DNA of 52,315 bases from the NCBI GenBank assembly GCA_031972855.1, contig DALYDY010000005.1, positions 1 to 52,315 on the forward strand, in the 5' to 3' direction. The notes under the pieces were generated by a model. The model was not told the origin of the DNA, ran no database searches, and worked only from the letters and a program-made list of their open reading frames with translations. A program made the position numbers and the translations under genes. Below are positions 47,253 through 52,315 of the stretch, one piece after another. The stretch is from Minisyncoccota bacterium. Its GTDB lineage: Bacteria > Patescibacteriota > Minisyncoccia > Phycocordibacterales > UBA9973. The first letter of the stretch is position 1; every line of letters begins with the position of its first letter.

Positions 47253-47738
47253 ATGATCACAAAAGATAAAAAGAGTCTTATTATTAAAGAACTTGAAAAT
47301 TCTTTAAAAGATACAAATTCTATCGTTTTTGTAAATTTCCATAAAATTACTGTTGCTCAAGTAAACAAGCTCCGTCGCACACTAGGTGAAGAAGGAACTG
47401 GTTATAAGGTAGCAAAAAAGACTCTTCTAAAAAGAGTTCTTGATGGAAAATACGAAGGCGAATTACCAGTACTTGATGGCGAAATCGCTATTGCGTATGG
47501 TACTGATTTGATTGCCCCAGCTCGTGGTGTAAATCAATTTGAAAAAGAAAACAAAGGTTCTCTAAAGATAGTTGGTGGTGTTTTTGAAGGGAAGTACATG
47601 AACGCACAAGAAATGCTTGCTATTGCAACTATTCCTTCTCGTGAAGTGCTTCTTTCACAAATCGCATACCTCCTCAAGAGTCCTATGCAAAGACTTGCTA
47701 TTGGCGTAAATGCTGTAGCGCAAAAGAAAGCTCAATAA
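47253..47738 (+). CDS. rplJ: 50S ribosomal protein L10
   Basis: LRRTL...YKVAKKTLL, GGVFEG and IPSREVLLSQ. Confidence 0.96.
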   Translation: MITKDKKSLIIKELENSLKDTNSIVFVNFHKITVAQVNKLRRTLGEEGTGYKVAKKTLLKRVLDGKYEGELPVLDGEIAIAYGTDLIAPARGVNQFEKENKGSLKIVGGVFEGKYMNAQEMLAIATIPSREVLLSQIAYLLKSPMQRLAIGVNAVAQKKAQ

Positions 47739-47795
47739 TAATCTATAATTTAAAAAACTATAAATTATTATATTAAAAATTAATTTTAAAATATT

Positions 47796-48158
47796 ATGTC
47801 AAAATTCGATTCATTTCTTACAGAACTCGAAAATGCTTCAGTTCTAGAACTCAATGACCTTGTAAAGGCTATTGAAGAAAAATTTGGTGTTTCTGCAGCC
47901 GCTGTTTCAGCAGCTCCAGCAGCGTCAAGTGCGTCAGAAGACGTTAAAGATTCATTTACAGTAGTACTTGCAAGTGCAGGTGAACAAAAAATTGCTGTTA
48001 TGAAAGTTATTAAAGAAGCTCTTGGACTAGGTCTTAAAGAAGCTAAAGATTTGGTTGATGGTGCGCCAGCAACAATCAAAGAAGGTGCGAAGAAAGAAGA
48101 AGCTGAAACAATGAAAAAAGCTATTGAAGAGGCAGGAGGAAAAGTAGAGTTAAAATAA
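47796..48158 (+). CDS. rplL: 50S ribosomal protein L7/L12
   Basis: [26 protein letters not shown] and [10 protein letters not shown]. Confidence 0.98.
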   Translation: MSKFDSFLTELENASVLELNDLVKAIEEKFGVSAAAVSAAPAASSASEDVKDSFTVVLASAGEQKIAVMKVIKEALGLGLKEAKDLVDGAPATIKEGAKKEEAETMKKAIEEAGGKVELK

Positions 48159-48435
48159 CTTTATTTTAACTCTACTTTTCCGGAAGTACTCGAATTTCTT
48201 TTCTTAGAGAAATTCAGAGTGCAAGGAGGAAAGTAAATATAAAACTCGCTTATAAGCGAGTTTTATATTTACCAGCCGTGTCCATTTGTCCGCCCACAAA
48301 GCGGACAGGGACCAACGGAGGAAAAATTTAACTTCGTTAAATTCCGGAAGTACTCGAATTTCTTTTCTTAGAGAAATTCAGAGTGCAAGGAGGAAAATAG
48401 CAATAAAAAATCCCCAAAAGGGGATTTTTTATTGC
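48138..48435. repeat. Hairpin-dense intergenic element with two identical 55-bp direct repeats
   Basis: Repeats at 48178-48232 and 48342-48396; inverted repeats at 48138-48181, 48233-48272 and 48400-48435. Confidence 0.85.
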
Positions 48436-48512
48436 TTGCCCCTTTTTCTTTAAAAAGAGTATAATATAGTCATTATTCGGTCCGACTGTTCGGAGTTAAC
48501 TTTTCTTAAACG

Positions 48513-49109
48513 ATGGAAATCCTTTCAAAATTATTTGGTAGTAGTGTTAGAGTAAAAATAATGAGACTTTTTATATTAAATACTGATACGGTATTTGATA
48601 TAAAAACACTTGCATCAAAAGCTCGTGTACCAAAAACATCACTTAGAAAAGATTTAAACGTTCTTGTTTCTATTGGTTTTGTTAAAAGAAAGACTTCAAA
48701 AGGTAAGTTGATTGGTTTTGTTTTTAATCAAGAATTTCCTTTTATTAGTCCAATAAAAGAACTTCTTCTAAATCCTGAATTTATGAAGAAAGATGAAATT
48801 GCTAGTCGTTTCAAACAAGTAGGGAAAGTAAAGCTTCTTGCTGTTTCTGGAATTTTTATTGACAACAAACAAAGCCGCCTCGATATTCTTCTTGTTGCTG
48901 ATAAGATAAAACGTTCTGTTTTTGATCAAATTATAAAAAATTTGGAAGCCGAACTTGGTAAAGAACTAGCCTATGCACTCTTTACTCCAGATGAATTCTT
49001 CTATCGTCTAGATATGTATGACAAACTTTTGTCTGATATGTTTGATTTTCCTCATGAGAAATTAATAGCAACTCCTGAGTTTTCCACATTTACTCTGAAG
49101 AAAACCTAA
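48513..49109 (+). CDS. Hypothetical protein: N-terminal winged HTH plus degenerate nucleotidyltransferase-like domain
   Basis: LSKLFGSSVRVKIMRLF; SGIFI....RLDILLVAD. Confidence 0.65.
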   Translation: MEILSKLFGSSVRVKIMRLFILNTDTVFDIKTLASKARVPKTSLRKDLNVLVSIGFVKRKTSKGKLIGFVFNQEFPFISPIKELLLNPEFMKKDEIASRFKQVGKVKLLAVSGIFIDNKQSRLDILLVADKIKRSVFDQIIKNLEAELGKELAYALFTPDEFFYRLDMYDKLLSDMFDFPHEKLIATPEFSTFTLKKT

Positions 49110-49185
49110 AAAATGGTATAATGTATTTGTCCACAGGTGTCGAACCTGTCTGGTCTTTTAATAAGATTTTTAGATAAATTTCCAT

Positions 49186-49866
49186 ATGTTGATTCAAACA
49201 TGGGGTGAGGTGTTCACTACATCTCTACAAGGGCTCTGGATAGGATTTATTCAATTTGTTCCATTGCTTCTTCTCGCAATTATAATTTTTATTATCGGTT
49301 GGGTTGTTGCTTCTGTAGTAGGTAAAGCTTTCTCTCAAGTTATAGGTGCTTTGAAGTTAGACAAACTTCTTTCATCAGCTGGTGCAGACCATGTGTTTGA
49401 AAGAGCTGGTATCAAACTTGATATTGGAGGCTTTATCGGATGGCTTGTAAAATGGTTCATCATACTCGCTTTCCTTGTTGCATCTCTAAATCTTCTTGGT
49501 TTGAATGTAATAAATGAATTCATCCGTGATGTTGTTCTTGCTTACATTCCACAAGTAATAGTTGCAGCTCTTGTTCTTATGGTTGCAGCTGTAGTCTCAA
49601 ACGGTGCAAGAAAAATAATAGTTGGTAGTGCTCGTGCAGCAAATGTGCCTTCAGCAGGAATGCTTGGAACTATTGCTTACTACGCTATCTGGATATTCGG
49701 ATTTATCATCGCACTTTCACATCTTGGAATTGCAGAAGGATACATGCAATCACTTTTCACAGCAATTGTAGCAATGCTTGCACTTGCAGGAGGACTTGCA
49801 TTTGGACTTGGTGGAAAAGAAGCAGCATCTCGTGCTATCGACCACTTCCGTTCAGATTTGAAATAA
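49186..49866 (+). CDS. CmpX/MscS-associated TM-helix repeat membrane protein
   Basis: Two repeats (FVPLLLLAIIIFIIGW; YIPQVIVAALVL) and LAFGLGGKEAA. Confidence 0.8.
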   Translation: MLIQTWGEVFTTSLQGLWIGFIQFVPLLLLAIIIFIIGWVVASVVGKAFSQVIGALKLDKLLSSAGADHVFERAGIKLDIGGFIGWLVKWFIILAFLVASLNLLGLNVINEFIRDVVLAYIPQVIVAALVLMVAAVVSNGARKIIVGSARAANVPSAGMLGTIAYYAIWIFGFIIALSHLGIAEGYMQSLFTAIVAMLALAGGLAFGLGGKEAASRAIDHFRSDLK

Positions 49867-49878
49867 TATTAGTAATTA

Positions 49879-49920
49879 TTCAAATAAAAAAACTCGTTTA
49901 TACGAGTTTTTTTATTTGAA
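49879..49920 (+). terminator. Intrinsic terminator upstream of the rRNA promoter
   Basis: 19-bp arms ttcaaataaaaaaactcgt/acgagtttttttatttgaa. Confidence 0.75.
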
Positions 49921-50020
49921 TTTTTATAAGTATTTTATGTCCTAATATTATTTTTTTCCTTATAAAATAAGTCTTTTTATGATGTGCTATAAGTCACAAT
50001 AAAAAAGTAGTAATTTCCCC

Positions 50021-50049
50021 TTGACTTTGAATATTGATTGCGATATACT
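50021..50049 (+). promoter_or_regulatory. Dedicated 23S rRNA promoter
   Basis: TTGACT, 17-nt spacer, TATACT. Confidence 0.75.
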
Positions 50050-50187
50050 CCCTCTTGTATTCTTTGATAAAAGTAAATCACTTTCCGGACACCCATTTTG
50101 GGGTCTTTTACGTCCGAGAAAGGAGTGGTTTAATATACGATGGAAGCGGTTCCGGAGTATAACCACGACAGTAGTTTTTAAATTTCC

Positions 50188-52315
<2,128 letters not shown>

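Noticed and set aside
48178-48396. 55-bp direct repeats as a CRISPR array
   Set aside because: Only two copies, a 109-bp spacer made of palindromes, and no cas genes

Overview
AT-rich bacterial chromosome segment. Gene content, gene order and the unlinked rRNA gene point to Patescibacteria/CPR, probably Parcubacteria (inference). The housekeeping backbone comprises ileS, recO, glyQS, metG, tatD, rpsF-ssb-rpsR, efp, recA, ftsK, rplJ-rplL and the 5' ~2.1 kb of a stand-alone 23S rRNA gene. Between efp and recA lies a ~15.5 kb accessory block: a PP2C-like phosphatase / YegI-like kinase / cysteine hydrolase / vWA operon next to a complete nicotinamide-to-NAD+ salvage set (PncA-PncB fusion, NadD, glutamine-dependent NadE, NrtR, NUDIX, Prs). 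The strongest signal is the palindrome TAGTGT-N7-ACACTA, which fits the GT-N7-AC signature of NrtR operators. It occurs five times, at the promoters of both the NAD genes and the phospho-signalling operon, implying one ADP-ribose-responsive regulon. Other notable items: an ultrashort-Stem-I Ile T-box with a transcription terminator and an antisense gene inside the ileS leader; a histidine-phosphatase domain inserted in IleRS; a codon-usage break over a peptidase-S74 module; a highly structured ~370-nt leader before an S-layer-like gene; many near-leaderless genes; and unusually long perfect palindromes. All calls come from reading motifs by eye; no searches were run.
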